Numbered from the stretch's first letter, positions 41,422-50,975 are shown. The stretch: DNA of 64,000 nucleotides from an uncultured Gammaproteobacteria bacterium (GCA_965231125.1 OZ246414.1:643924-707923), one strand, 5' to 3'. The notes: generated by a model not told the origin, from the letters alone. A program made the numbers and translations.

Positions 41422-41892
41422 ATGAAGCTCAACCAAGTAACTTGGTATTCAAAACTTGCCGCGTTGATTTTATTTATCCTTTTGCCTTTTGCCGGCTTTT
41501 ACCTGGGAATGAAATACCAAGAAGCGTTAAGCCCTCCAAGCTCAACTTCTTATTTGATAAACCCCGGAGCACCAAATTCTTCTTCCTCCGCAACAAAAAA
41601 TGCGACGCAAACAATAAACAAAGACGGTGTAACAATAAGCATAACTAACAAAGACGGAACTTTAACGTATAGCGGGACTGTCGAATTTCCAACGCCCTGT
41701 TATAAGTTAAATGTGGACTCGATAGTAGCCGAAAGCTACCCAGAACAAGTGCAGATTAAGCTTACAACAGAGCCGCAAAATCGGGGAGAATTCTGCGCTG
41801 CAGTATTAACCAAAAAAACTTTTTCCGGTACGGTAAAAGTTTCCGCCAGTGCCAAAGTCTACATTTACCTCAACGACCAGAAAATTTACTAA
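41422..41892 (+). CDS. Single-TM exported hypothetical protein
   Basis: VTWYSKLAALILFILLPF.GFYLG N-terminus; PTPCY and CAAV motifs. Confidence 0.75.
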   Translation: MKLNQVTWYSKLAALILFILLPFAGFYLGMKYQEALSPPSSTSYLINPGAPNSSSSATKNATQTINKDGVTISITNKDGTLTYSGTVEFPTPCYKLNVDSIVAESYPEQVQIKLTTEPQNRGEFCAAVLTKKTFSGTVKVSASAKVYIYLNDQKIY

Positions 41893-42482
41893 TGAAAACC
41901 ATCTATTTTGCGCGCCATGGCGAAGCCTTAGACAATGTTGAAGACAGATACGGCGGCTCAAGCAATGACCCACTAACAGAAAGAGGCGGGGAGACGGCAA
42001 GGCAATTGGCCGAAAAAATTTCCCACTTAACACCCTCTCCAAAGAAAATTTATACAAGCTCATTTAAAAGAGCAGCGGAAACTGCAGAAATTATTAGCCA
42101 AACTCTTGGCTTAAGCGTGATTAAAAGAGAAGATCTTAAGGAGAGAGATCGCTATGGAATTTTAACTCGCCTCACTAAAACCGAAGCCAAAAACAAATAT
42201 CCAGATTTGGTCGAACAAGTCCAAGATTACCGACAGACAATCACTGGTGCTGAAACTTACGAGCATTACCGATATAGAGTATTAAAAGCCCTTAATGAAA
42301 TTTTTCAAAAAGAAAACCAAGATCTACTGATCGTTTGCCACGGTGGGACTTTTAGAATTGTCATGTGGGAGCTTTTTGGTAAAAAAGACTATAAAGAGGC
42401 TGCCTTAAACGCACTTATTACTATCGAGGAAAGTAAAGGCAAGAGAGTTTTGAAAAGTTTTGAAGGGCTTAAATTTACTTAA
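41892..42482 (+). CDS. Histidine phosphatase family protein
   Basis: ARHGE, SSFKRAAETA, VCHGG. Confidence 0.93.
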   Translation: MKTIYFARHGEALDNVEDRYGGSSNDPLTERGGETARQLAEKISHLTPSPKKIYTSSFKRAAETAEIISQTLGLSVIKREDLKERDRYGILTRLTKTEAKNKYPDLVEQVQDYRQTITGAETYEHYRYRVLKALNEIFQKENQDLLIVCHGGTFRIVMWELFGKKDYKEAALNALITIEESKGKRVLKSFEGLKFT

Positions 42483-42708
42483 CCGGCAGCTGCCTCTTCT
42501 TTCCTAAAGAAGAAGCTTTTTTGTAGGCGAAGTTTAGACGGCGGGCTTCTTTAGCGGCTAATTCTTGCTGAACTATTTTTTGGCACTCACTATCAGGACA
42601 TACGTAGGAAGTCACTTTGACTTTCGAGGAATTTACCAAAACAGTTCTTTCCGAAAGCTTTATTCTTTCTTTACCACATCTTATACAGGGGTTGGCTTCG
42701 TAGTTAAT
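42475..42708 (-). CDS. Small Cys4 zinc-ribbon-like protein with a non-AUG start (absent from ORF track)
   Basis: INYEANPCIRCGKERI...VCPDSECQKIVQQEL...; no ATG/GTG/TTG between the upstream in-frame TAG and the first CxxC; ATT at 42708. Confidence 0.65.
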   Translation of the reverse strand: MNYEANPCIRCGKERIKLSERTVLVNSSKVKVTSYVCPDSECQKIVQQELAAKEARRLNFAYKKASSLGKKRQLPVK

Positions 42709-42956
42709 TTTTACCTAATCCTTCCGGCTGGAGCAAAAAAACAGAAATTATAATTGGCAGTGACTTGTCTATATTAACACGAATCCAGCCAAAAAACAAC
42801 AAAAACTCCCGCTTATTGGGCTACAAAGTTGGGAGTTTCTTTTTATCCAATTTTGAAAAAAGTATTTTTTGGCCTACTAATCGACTAAAATATCATACCA
42901 CATCAGTAAAGCCCCATGCAGAATTTAACTCTCCGTAGCTTAGAATAAGCATTCAT

Positions 42957-43883
42957 ATGAAGCCGCACAAGGGAATTTTTCGTGTTCAAGTCCCGTCCTC
43001 AGCCGCAAACCTTGGCCCAGGACTGGATACTTTAGCCTTAGCTCTGTCTCTTCACATAGCCGTTACCGTAAAAGTTTCAAATAAATTCAGAATAACCGTC
43101 AGAGGTTTAGGCCAAGAAGCGATTCCAACCACGAAAGAGTTTAATCTTATCTACAAAGCCTTTGCGCAACTGTGCCGGGATAAAGGCGACAAACCCCCGG
43201 AACTAGATATTCTGGTTGAAAATGATATACCGCCAGCCAGAGGAATTGGCAGTAGTGCGAGTGGAATTGTGGCTGGTTTACTTGCCGCAAACTCTATAAT
43301 GGGTTACAAGATGACTCGAGGCGATCTTCTCCAACTTGCGGATAAGATCGAGGGCCACCCAGATAATCCAGCCGCCGCTCTCTTCGGCGGCTGTGTCGTT
43401 GTAACTAAAGAAGCAGGTAGAGTGTACTGGGGTAGGGTGGACGTTCCACCCCAACTTAAAGTCGTCATGTTTATTCCCGATTTTGAGATACCAACTAAAG
43501 AAAGTAGAAAGATTCTGCCTAAAAAAGTGAGTTTAGAAGACGCCATTTTTAATGTTCAAAGAACCGCTCTTTTGGTTTCAAGTCTAACCCAATCTGACTT
43601 TGAACTGCTAAACATTTCCACCAAAGACAAGCTCCACGAAGATTTAAGAGTTAAGCATTTTTTCCCCAAAGTATATCAACTAGTCGACGCCGCTAGAGAG
43701 GCCGGAGCCAAAGGGGCGTTTCTCTGCGGATCAGGATCTAGCATCGGCGCTTTCGCGGTGGAGAAGCCCAGCTACATTGCCAATATTATGGAAGAAAAGG
43801 CTCGGCAGCTTGGTATATCCGGCACCACAACCATCGTCTCCGTAGATAATGAAGGCGCCACCGTTGAAGAAGTCACCCCTTAA
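42957..43883 (+). CDS. thrB: Homoserine kinase
   Basis: VPSSAANLGPGLD, IPPARGIGSS, EGHPDN, CGSGS. Confidence 0.95.
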   Translation: MKPHKGIFRVQVPSSAANLGPGLDTLALALSLHIAVTVKVSNKFRITVRGLGQEAIPTTKEFNLIYKAFAQLCRDKGDKPPELDILVENDIPPARGIGSSASGIVAGLLAANSIMGYKMTRGDLLQLADKIEGHPDNPAAALFGGCVVVTKEAGRVYWGRVDVPPQLKVVMFIPDFEIPTKESRKILPKKVSLEDAIFNVQRTALLVSSLTQSDFELLNISTKDKLHEDLRVKHFFPKVYQLVDAAREAGAKGAFLCGSGSSIGAFAVEKPSYIANIMEEKARQLGISGTTTIVSVDNEGATVEEVTP

Positions 43884-44036
43884 CTCATAAATAACTCGCC
43901 AACTACTTTTTTGCTTGCTTTTTAAATCTTTTTTCAACACTTTAATTAGCTATCTAATTATATAATCACCAAACATAAACCGGATATTAGTTACTCGCTG
44001 CGAGAAGGTTAACCTTGGCGGCCATGATAGACCTTA

Positions 44037-44381
44037 TCAGTTCTGTTTTGTCATTTCATTTATCTTCGCTGCCAAAATGAAATCATTATCGTGCAGGCCG
44101 GGCATTGCGTGAGTGTAGAAAACTAGGCGGACTTTATTATAAAAAATATAAATATCCGGGTGGTGGCCTTGCTCCTGCGCAATGTCGGCTACCTTATTAA
44201 TAAAGGCCATCGCCTCTTTAAAATCTTTAAATTTAAACCTTTTTGCAATTTGTTTGTGGCCATCCGCCTCTTCGAGTTCCCAATCAGTAACTTGGGCCAG
44301 AAATTCACGGGTCTTCTCATCCGAAAGTGGGGTAGTACCGCCTTCACAGGGAACACATTTTTTCTTTGCTAGATTTTCCAT
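44037..44381 (-). CDS. phhB: Pterin-4-alpha-carbinolamine dehydratase
   Basis: CVPCEGG, FKDF, GHHPD, TH..GL..NDFILAAKI. Confidence 0.93.
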   Translation of the reverse strand: MENLAKKKCVPCEGGTTPLSDEKTREFLAQVTDWELEEADGHKQIAKRFKFKDFKEAMAFINKVADIAQEQGHHPDIYIFYNKVRLVFYTHAMPGLHDNDFILAAKINEMTKQN

Positions 44382-44409
44382 TACTAATATCTTATCATGG
44401 AATCAGACC

Positions 44410-45639
44410 ATGATTAAAGAAGTGAGCGTTAAAGAAAATAGCTTCGAAAAATATCGGGCAGTTACCGATGCGCCTTTGTACGAAGAAATTTTGGATCTTT
44501 CCAAAAGTTTGAAGGGGGCTCGGATTTTCGAATTAAACGCGACATCCGCTGGCGGGGGAGTAGCCGAAATGCTTTCGTCTTTGCTGCCGGCCTCACAAGA
44601 CTTGGGCCTGAAATCCAAATGGTTTTCCATTAAGGGGCTTCCAGAATTTTTCGAACTGACAAAGCAGCTGCACAACTTCCTGCAAGGAAAAAAAGGAAGT
44701 TTAACGACCAGCCAAAAAGATTTTTATTTAAAGACAAATGCGGAAATTGCCAAAGATATGAAAAGCTTGAAGTCCGATGTCTGGGTGGTGCACGATCCGC
44801 AACCGGCGGCCACTTTAAGTTTTTTACCGGATACAAAAGCCGTCTGGCGCTGCCACATTGATACTTCCAAACCGAATAGTGGCGTCTGGAATTTTTTGCG
44901 GCCCCAGATTAAAAAATATGACCGCTACGTTTTTTCGGTGCGCCGTTTTATTGGCGCCGGTCTAGATTATGAAAAGGCAGAGATAATTCCACCGGCAATC
45001 GACCCTTTCAACGAGAAGAATTCAGAAATGGATGCACTAGCCGCCAAGAAAATTGCGAAAAAGTTTGGGCTGGATACTGGCCGGCCTTTGATTTCGCAAA
45101 TATCCCGCTTTGACCCTTGGAAGGATCCTTGGGGAGTAATAGACGCGTACCGGCTAACTAAGAAAAAATTTCCAAACTTGCAGCTTGCCTTGGTTGGTTT
45201 TTTTGCTCCGGATGACCCAGAAGCGGCGAAAATAATGGTTGAGATTAAAAAATACGCAAAAGGCGATGCCGACATCCACATCTTGTCGAATTTAGACGGG
45301 GTGGGGGCACTGGAAGTAAACGCCTTTCAACGAGCATCGGATGTAGTGATTCAAAAATCGACCCGTGAAGGCTTTGGCTTAACAGTTGCCGAAGCCATGT
45401 GGAAGGAAAAACCCGTAATTGGCGGCCGTGCCGGGGGAATAACGGAACAGATAGAGGACGGGGTAAACGGCTTCTTAGTGACGACTGCAAAAGAAACTGC
45501 AGATAGAGTAGGGCGGCTTTTGGACGATGAAAAACTCTCGGCTCGTCTCGGAACAAAAGGAAAAGAGACGGTGCGCAAAAAATTTCTCCTCCCGCGCCTT
45601 CTCCGAGATCATTTAAAGATTTATAAAGAGCTCCTTTAG
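44410..45639 (+). CDS. treT: GT4 glycosyltransferase, trehalose synthase TreT-like
   Basis: NATSAGGGVAEML, HDPQP, WRCHID, SRFDPWKD, QKSTREGFGLTVAEA. Confidence 0.85.
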   Translation: MIKEVSVKENSFEKYRAVTDAPLYEEILDLSKSLKGARIFELNATSAGGGVAEMLSSLLPASQDLGLKSKWFSIKGLPEFFELTKQLHNFLQGKKGSLTTSQKDFYLKTNAEIAKDMKSLKSDVWVVHDPQPAATLSFLPDTKAVWRCHIDTSKPNSGVWNFLRPQIKKYDRYVFSVRRFIGAGLDYEKAEIIPPAIDPFNEKNSEMDALAAKKIAKKFGLDTGRPLISQISRFDPWKDPWGVIDAYRLTKKKFPNLQLALVGFFAPDDPEAAKIMVEIKKYAKGDADIHILSNLDGVGALEVNAFQRASDVVIQKSTREGFGLTVAEAMWKEKPVIGGRAGGITEQIEDGVNGFLVTTAKETADRVGRLLDDEKLSARLGTKGKETVRKKFLLPRLLRDHLKIYKELL

Positions 45640-45704
45640 TGTGAGCACTATACCACAAACCCGTCAACTTTGAACCTTCAAGGCTCTTGTGTTAAACTAG
45701 TTCT

Positions 45705-46067
45705 ATGCAGCCTGCAGTATCTGCCAGCGCATACTTGGCGACTCTTCCAATAGAATTTTTACGCTTTTGGTTCCTAGAAAATCCAAAGCTAACCTGGCGG
45801 GTTTTGTCTTTTATCTTCGCAGCAACCGTCCACCAACTAGGGTACCAATCTTTATTTAAAACATTCTTTCAACCGTGGAAAAATGAGTACCGCGAGGGTT
45901 TAGAAAAATTTTCCCTTTTCATGGGGATCTTTATCAAAAGCATTCTTATTTTGGTTGACACAATAATTATTTTACTTTTATTGGCAGTTGAAGCTGCCGC
46001 TTTTATATTTTGGGTTTTTCTGCCGGTAATTGCCATATGGGGAATTTATGTTGGCCTTTTCACCTAG
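45705..46067 (+). CDS. Small membrane protein coupled to the Clp ATPase
   Basis: KTFFQPWKNEY motif, TM segments; overlaps the next start codon. Confidence 0.75.
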   Translation: MQPAVSASAYLATLPIEFLRFWFLENPKLTWRVLSFIFAATVHQLGYQSLFKTFFQPWKNEYREGLEKFSLFMGIFIKSILILVDTIIILLLLAVEAAAFIFWVFLPVIAIWGIYVGLFT

Positions 46068-48513
46068 CTTTTCGAAAACTTTCAAAATTGCCGCGTACTT
46101 AAATTTTCTGGCAACGATACCAGTCCTGCTGGTAAGAGCGTTTTTAATCTTTATTTTGGTGGCAGCTACTTTTTACACCTTCCAGTCTGGCGCCAAGATT
46201 ACTTATTTTTGGGCAGGACTACTTGCCTTTGACTTAATGATCGAGTTTTTTTACCGCGTGCACCTTGCCGACACTAAACCACCCGTAAAGGTAGAGGAGG
46301 CTTCTGCGAGCGAAAACCTTGCCGACGCCATGGAACTTCCGCTGGCTAAAAGATTGGTAAACATTGAAGGCTCAAACAAACTCTCAGAAATTTTGAGGAC
46401 GTTGAAAGGCGATTACAAGACAATTTCGTTTTTTCTGAAAGCCGGTTTCAATAAAGACGAGATTGATTCTTTAATCCAAGGATCTAGTAAAGAAACCCTC
46501 GACACTCAAAAACTTGTCCGCGACGCGTCTATAACTGCCTACAACCAAAAAAGGCCTTACATAGATTCTTTGGACATGATACTTTCTGCCTTTTCCCAAA
46601 GCGCTGCCCTAAAACAGGCTGCTTTTTCAAGGCAGCTTAAAGATGCCGACATTTATAATATTGTTTTTTGGGTGAGAAGTTTATTTGAAAAAGAGGAGCG
46701 ACACTTCTGGGAGCGGTCGGTAGATTCTCTAGGCCCTGGGTTTTCCCGAGTCTGGGAAGGCGGCTGGACACTGGAAACTGAAAAATATTCAATTAACATC
46801 ACCAACCAAGTACTGAGCGGCCAAGCCCAAAACCATCTTGTTGGAAAAGAAAATATTATTTTACAGGTTGAAGAAGTATTGTCCAGATCTAATAAAAGGA
46901 ACGTCATATTGGTCGGAGAGGCGGGTGTTGGGAAAACTACGGTGGTTTACGCCCTTGCCGAAAAATCAATCACGGGGCAGTTACCCGCGGCAATAAAGTA
47001 CAAGCGCTTTCTTGAGATAGATCTTACCTCATTACTTTCTTCAACAGGGGCGGGCGGCGTTTTAGAAGAAAGGCTTAAGAATCTTTTTACAGAAGTCTCT
47101 CACGCCGGCGACGTCGTCTTGTTTATTCCACAAATAGAGTATTTAGCGACAAACGAAGGAGGCGGCGTTGATATTACCGGTTTAGTTTTAGAGACAGTTA
47201 AAGAAGGCAGACTGCAAATTATTGGGACAACCACCAGAGCCTCTTACAAGGAATACATCGAAGGCAAGAGTGCTTTCGCCGACAGTTTTGAAGTTGTCGA
47301 AATACCCGAACCTACGAAAGACGAGGCGGTAAGAATTTTGGAAGAGGCGGCTGCCAATATTGAAAGAAAGACCGGCATATCAGTAACTTACAGAGCCCTG
47401 GAGAAGACGGTGGAGCTAGCCCAAAAATACTTAGTCGACCGAGTTTTGCCAGGCAAAGCTATTGACCTTTTGGATGAGGCGGCGGCCGCATCCTCTTTAC
47501 AAAAGCAAGGTATTTTGCAACCAGAAGTTATTGAGCAAATTGTTTCGGCTAAAACAAAAACCCCAGTGACGAAGGCAGAAGGTGCAGAGGCAAAGACCTT
47601 ATTAAATTTGGAAGCAGAATTACATAAAAGGATTATCGATCAAGAAGAGGCTATTAACGCTATATCAGAAGCGGTCCGCCGAGCCCGGACTTTATCTAAA
47701 GAAGGCACGCGCCCTGTCGGCACTTTTCTTTTTCTCGGGCCCACTGGAGTTGGAAAAACTGAAACCGCAAAGGCATTGGCGGCCGTGTATTTTGGATCCG
47801 AAGAAAAAATTATCCGCGAGGACATGAGCGAGTTCCAAGAGGAATCTTCAATAAATCGTCTCATTGGTGCTCCTCCAGGTAAGGAAGGTTACAAGTCCGG
47901 GGGACATTTTACTGAAGCCGTCCGCCAAAATCCGTTCACGGTTATTCTGCTAGATGAGTTTGAGAAGGCCCATCCAAAAATTCAGGAAGCTTTTCTACCG
48001 GTTCTCGATGAAGGTAAGCTTGAAGACTCTTCCGGACGGCGAATTATTTTTACCAACACTATAATTATTGCCACGTCAAACGCCGGAGCCGAATTTATCC
48101 GCGAGTCGATTCAAAAGGCAGTTGCCGTCCCTGAAATCAAAATTGGGTTGTTAGAAAAACTCCAGGCAGAAGGCATTTTTAAGCCAGAATTCTTAAACCG
48201 ATTTGATGATATTATTCTCTACAAACCCCTAACCAAAGACCAAGTAAAACAGGTTACCCAACTTATGATAGACCAACTTATGGTCCAAATGAAAAAACAA
48301 GACGTTGAAATTATCGTGAGTGATAGCGCACTTTCGTGGCTCTCCGAAAAAGGATACGACCCAGCTTATGGTGCCAGACCTCTGCGGCGAATTATTCAAA
48401 ATCAAGTTGAGGATTCTCTTGCCCGCAAAATCCTTTCCGGTGAACTACCCCGAGGAGGTAAGGTTAGTATCGGTGCCGATACTACTGGTCTTACTTTTAC
48501 TTTGGTTAAATGA
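46048..48513 (+). CDS. Clp/Hsp100 class I ATPase with N-terminal TM helices
   Basis: GEAGVGKTT, LPGKAIDLLDEA, GPTGVGKTETAK, LLDEFEKAH, PEFLNRFD, GARPLRR; hydrophobic N-terminus. Confidence 0.92.
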   Translation: MLAFSPSFSKTFKIAAYLNFLATIPVLLVRAFLIFILVAATFYTFQSGAKITYFWAGLLAFDLMIEFFYRVHLADTKPPVKVEEASASENLADAMELPLAKRLVNIEGSNKLSEILRTLKGDYKTISFFLKAGFNKDEIDSLIQGSSKETLDTQKLVRDASITAYNQKRPYIDSLDMILSAFSQSAALKQAAFSRQLKDADIYNIVFWVRSLFEKEERHFWERSVDSLGPGFSRVWEGGWTLETEKYSINITNQVLSGQAQNHLVGKENIILQVEEVLSRSNKRNVILVGEAGVGKTTVVYALAEKSITGQLPAAIKYKRFLEIDLTSLLSSTGAGGVLEERLKNLFTEVSHAGDVVLFIPQIEYLATNEGGGVDITGLVLETVKEGRLQIIGTTTRASYKEYIEGKSAFADSFEVVEIPEPTKDEAVRILEEAAANIERKTGISVTYRALEKTVELAQKYLVDRVLPGKAIDLLDEAAAASSLQKQGILQPEVIEQIVSAKTKTPVTKAEGAEAKTLLNLEAELHKRIIDQEEAINAISEAVRRARTLSKEGTRPVGTFLFLGPTGVGKTETAKALAAVYFGSEEKIIREDMSEFQEESSINRLIGAPPGKEGYKSGGHFTEAVRQNPFTVILLDEFEKAHPKIQEAFLPVLDEGKLEDSSGRRIIFTNTIIIATSNAGAEFIRESIQKAVAVPEIKIGLLEKLQAEGIFKPEFLNRFDDIILYKPLTKDQVKQVTQLMIDQLMVQMKKQDVEIIVSDSALSWLSEKGYDPAYGARPLRRIIQNQVEDSLARKILSGELPRGGKVSIGADTTGLTFTLVK

Positions 48514-48634
48514 ATTTTCCAAAAACTTTTGTAACAACAGTAAAAATATACCGTAAAGAGATTAGCTGGCCCACTAATTTAGCTGCGAACAACCCGAATT
48601 TTTGACTCTGGTTCGCCACCAAATTCGTGAGGGC

Positions 48635-48730
48635 TTGACAAATTGGGTTTTCTTTCGGATAATGGTAACTCATTAGTCCCAAGCGACTACTAAATTAAAA
48701 ACCTGCTGTACTTCTGTCGGCAGGTTTTTC
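48635..48730 (+). promoter_or_regulatory. Promoter plus short terminated leader
   Basis: TTGACA-17-GATAAT; TAGTC/GACTA hairpin; AAAACCTGCTG/CGGCAGGTTTT terminator. Confidence 0.6.
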
Positions 48731-48739
48731 TTAGCCAAA

Positions 48740-49318
48740 ATGGTTGAATATTTAAGTGCAGTTGTCAATAAAACAATATTAGAAAACCAAAAAAGTTTTG
48801 GTATCACTTCGCCGCTGAAAAAACTCCGGCTTCCGCTCCTTGCTTTAATCATCGTTGTTTTAGCTCTCGTAGGTTACTTAGCTTTTAAAGGCGGCGGCCA
48901 CCCAGATGCTTCCATTAACAAAAGTTTCACTGTTTCCGCAAGAACTTCCACCGGTATTAGGGTAAGAGACGCAAATTTAAACGTCAAGTTAACTGACGCT
49001 ACAATGGCTAACAATCTACTGGTCCAAAGTCACAAAGCAACTACTAGTAAAGGTAAGACTTTCCTTATTGTAGACATGGAAATTGAAAATAAATACGACG
49101 TCCCACTCTACGCACTACCAGTCGATTTATTCCGCTTAATTAGAGCCGATGGTGAGAAAATTGCTCCATCTGTTCACCAAGGAACTGTCGAGATAAGACC
49201 AATCTCTACTAAGAAAAGCAATGTTGGATTTGTTGTCGACCCGAACGGAAAAAACTTTAAACTCGAAGTTGGCGAGCTACTTGGCACAAAAGATGTTATT
49301 GAGATATTGTTTAAATAG
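48740..49318 (+). CDS. Single-TM DUF4352-like Ig-fold protein
   Basis: GKTFLIVDMEIEN, FRL...G, GFVV; exact start uncertain. Confidence 0.7.
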   Translation: MVEYLSAVVNKTILENQKSFGITSPLKKLRLPLLALIIVVLALVGYLAFKGGGHPDASINKSFTVSARTSTGIRVRDANLNVKLTDATMANNLLVQSHKATTSKGKTFLIVDMEIENKYDVPLYALPVDLFRLIRADGEKIAPSVHQGTVEIRPISTKKSNVGFVVDPNGKNFKLEVGELLGTKDVIEILFK

Positions 49319-49341
49319 TATTTGCGGCAGACTAAAAATAT

Positions 49342-49557
49342 ATGCTGGATCCATATTCAACAACTGAAATTAGTTCTACATTAATTTCTGAACTCAAGGA
49401 ATCCTTAATCGGTAAAGATTACGGATCGATCGAGATTTATATAGAATCGGGGAGAGTGGTTCAAATAACCGAGAGGGTTATTAAAAAAACAAGATTAAAC
49501 GAAACTAATAAAAAAGACGAGGTAGTTTATTGGAAACCGATAAGAAATCGTAAGTAA
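49342..49557 (+). CDS. DUF2292/YezD-like small protein
   Basis: YGSIEIYIESGRVVQITER matches the YG(S)xxIxxxxGxVVQI pattern. Confidence 0.75.
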   Translation: MLDPYSTTEISSTLISELKESLIGKDYGSIEIYIESGRVVQITERVIKKTRLNETNKKDEVVYWKPIRNRK

Positions 49558-49582
49558 CTTCTCAGCTCGATATAGTAGGGGA

Positions 49583-49685
49583 TTGACAGGTAGTTTTGGG
49601 GTAACTTATAATCATAAACAAAAGTAATAGTTAGCCGACCGCAAACGGAGGCAGCTCTTCAAAGATTTGGAGAAGCTGCCTTTTG
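49583..49685 (+). promoter_or_regulatory. Promoter and attenuator-like leader
   Basis: TTGACA-18-TATAAT; GCCGACCG-CAAA-CGGAGGC hairpin overlapping the GGCAGCT/AGCTGCC-TTTT terminator. Confidence 0.7.
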
Positions 49686-49733
49686 GTTTTCTTAGATTAG
49701 GTTACGAAACTAAACTTGAAAGGGGGTGAAAAC

Positions 49734-50837
49734 ATGGAAAAAAGAAAATTAATTTATGCTGCATCAAGTGCTTTTGCTGCTTTGGCTTTCTCATTGACAC
49801 CAGCTCTCGCAGCTGAAGCTTCTAACTCTACAACCGGTGCAGAATCAGACAACGATGCTAGTGTTGACACAACTAACTCTGCTAGTATTTTGCAGACTAA
49901 TACCCAAAGAGTCAGCAATGATATCTCTGTTAATGTAAACACTGGTGACAACAGTGCTGACAAGAACACCGGTGACGGTTCTGTAAGAACTGGTGACGCA
50001 AGCTCTTCAGTTAGCCTTTCAAACTTAGGCAACAAGAACTCTGCAACCCTTTCTTTCTCAGGCGCTGGAGACAGCTCAGCTTCTAACGATCACACTGGTT
50101 ACAACTCAGACAACGATGCCAGCGTTAGCGTTGACAACGAGTTAGATCTAACCCAGGCAAATGACGCCTACGTAAGCAACCGAGTTTCCGTAGACGTAGA
50201 CACTGGTGACAACAGTGCTGACAAGAACACCGGTGACGGTTCTGTAAGAACTGGTGACGCAAGTGCCGATGTTTCGATTGAGAATATGCTCAATAAAAAC
50301 AAGTTGACCGTGAACATGGCCGACAGTGGTGACCCATCAGCTTCTAACTCTACAACTGGTGCAAAGTCAGACAACGATGCTAGTGTTGACGTAAGTAACG
50401 ATGCCGACGTTTTACAAACAAACGATCTTTCAGTTTGCAATGACGTTGATGTTGACGTTGAAACTGGTGACAACAGTGCTGACAAGAACACCGGTGACGG
50501 AAGTGTAACTAGCGGTGATGCTGCTGTTACAGTGGATGTTTCCAACTCTGGAAACACTAACTCAGCTTCGCTCAATGATGCCGGCGATCCAGACAACCAG
50601 GTCTCAAATGACCACACTGGTTTTGACTCAGAAAACGATGCTGATGTCAGCATCGACAATGAATTAGATCTGACTCAAGCGAATGAATCCGACATTTACA
50701 ACTCTGGTGATGTATCGGGAGACACTGGTGACAACAGTGCTGACAAGAACACCGGTGACGGCAAAGTCACAACTGGTGACTCTTCTGACGTTGACGTTTC
50801 TGTTTCAACCGACGTCAACTCTAACAGCCTTAAATAG
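49734..50837 (+). CDS. Secreted repeat protein A (4 x 87-aa TGDNSADKNTGDG repeats, no anchor)
   Basis: SD AAGGGGGTGA, signal peptide ending PALA, exact 261-bp periodicity. Confidence 0.88.
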   Translation: MEKRKLIYAASSAFAALAFSLTPALAAEASNSTTGAESDNDASVDTTNSASILQTNTQRVSNDISVNVNTGDNSADKNTGDGSVRTGDASSSVSLSNLGNKNSATLSFSGAGDSSASNDHTGYNSDNDASVSVDNELDLTQANDAYVSNRVSVDVDTGDNSADKNTGDGSVRTGDASADVSIENMLNKNKLTVNMADSGDPSASNSTTGAKSDNDASVDVSNDADVLQTNDLSVCNDVDVDVETGDNSADKNTGDGSVTSGDAAVTVDVSNSGNTNSASLNDAGDPDNQVSNDHTGFDSENDADVSIDNELDLTQANESDIYNSGDVSGDTGDNSADKNTGDGKVTTGDSSDVDVSVSTDVNSNSLK

Positions 50838-50975
50838 GCTTTAACTTATCTCGGGATCTTGCCCCCAGTTGGGGGCAGGACCCGGATAAGCAGAGCTTGC
50901 GTCCTACGGACTAAAGAAATAGTTGTAAGCAGACAAGAGACTAAATATCTTGCCTGATTATAATTGACTACAATA

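Noticed and set aside
49941-50761. Four identical 38-bp direct repeats as a CRISPR array
   Set aside because: The 223-bp intervals are far too long for spacers, are homologous to each other and lie in frame in a protein; no cas genes are present
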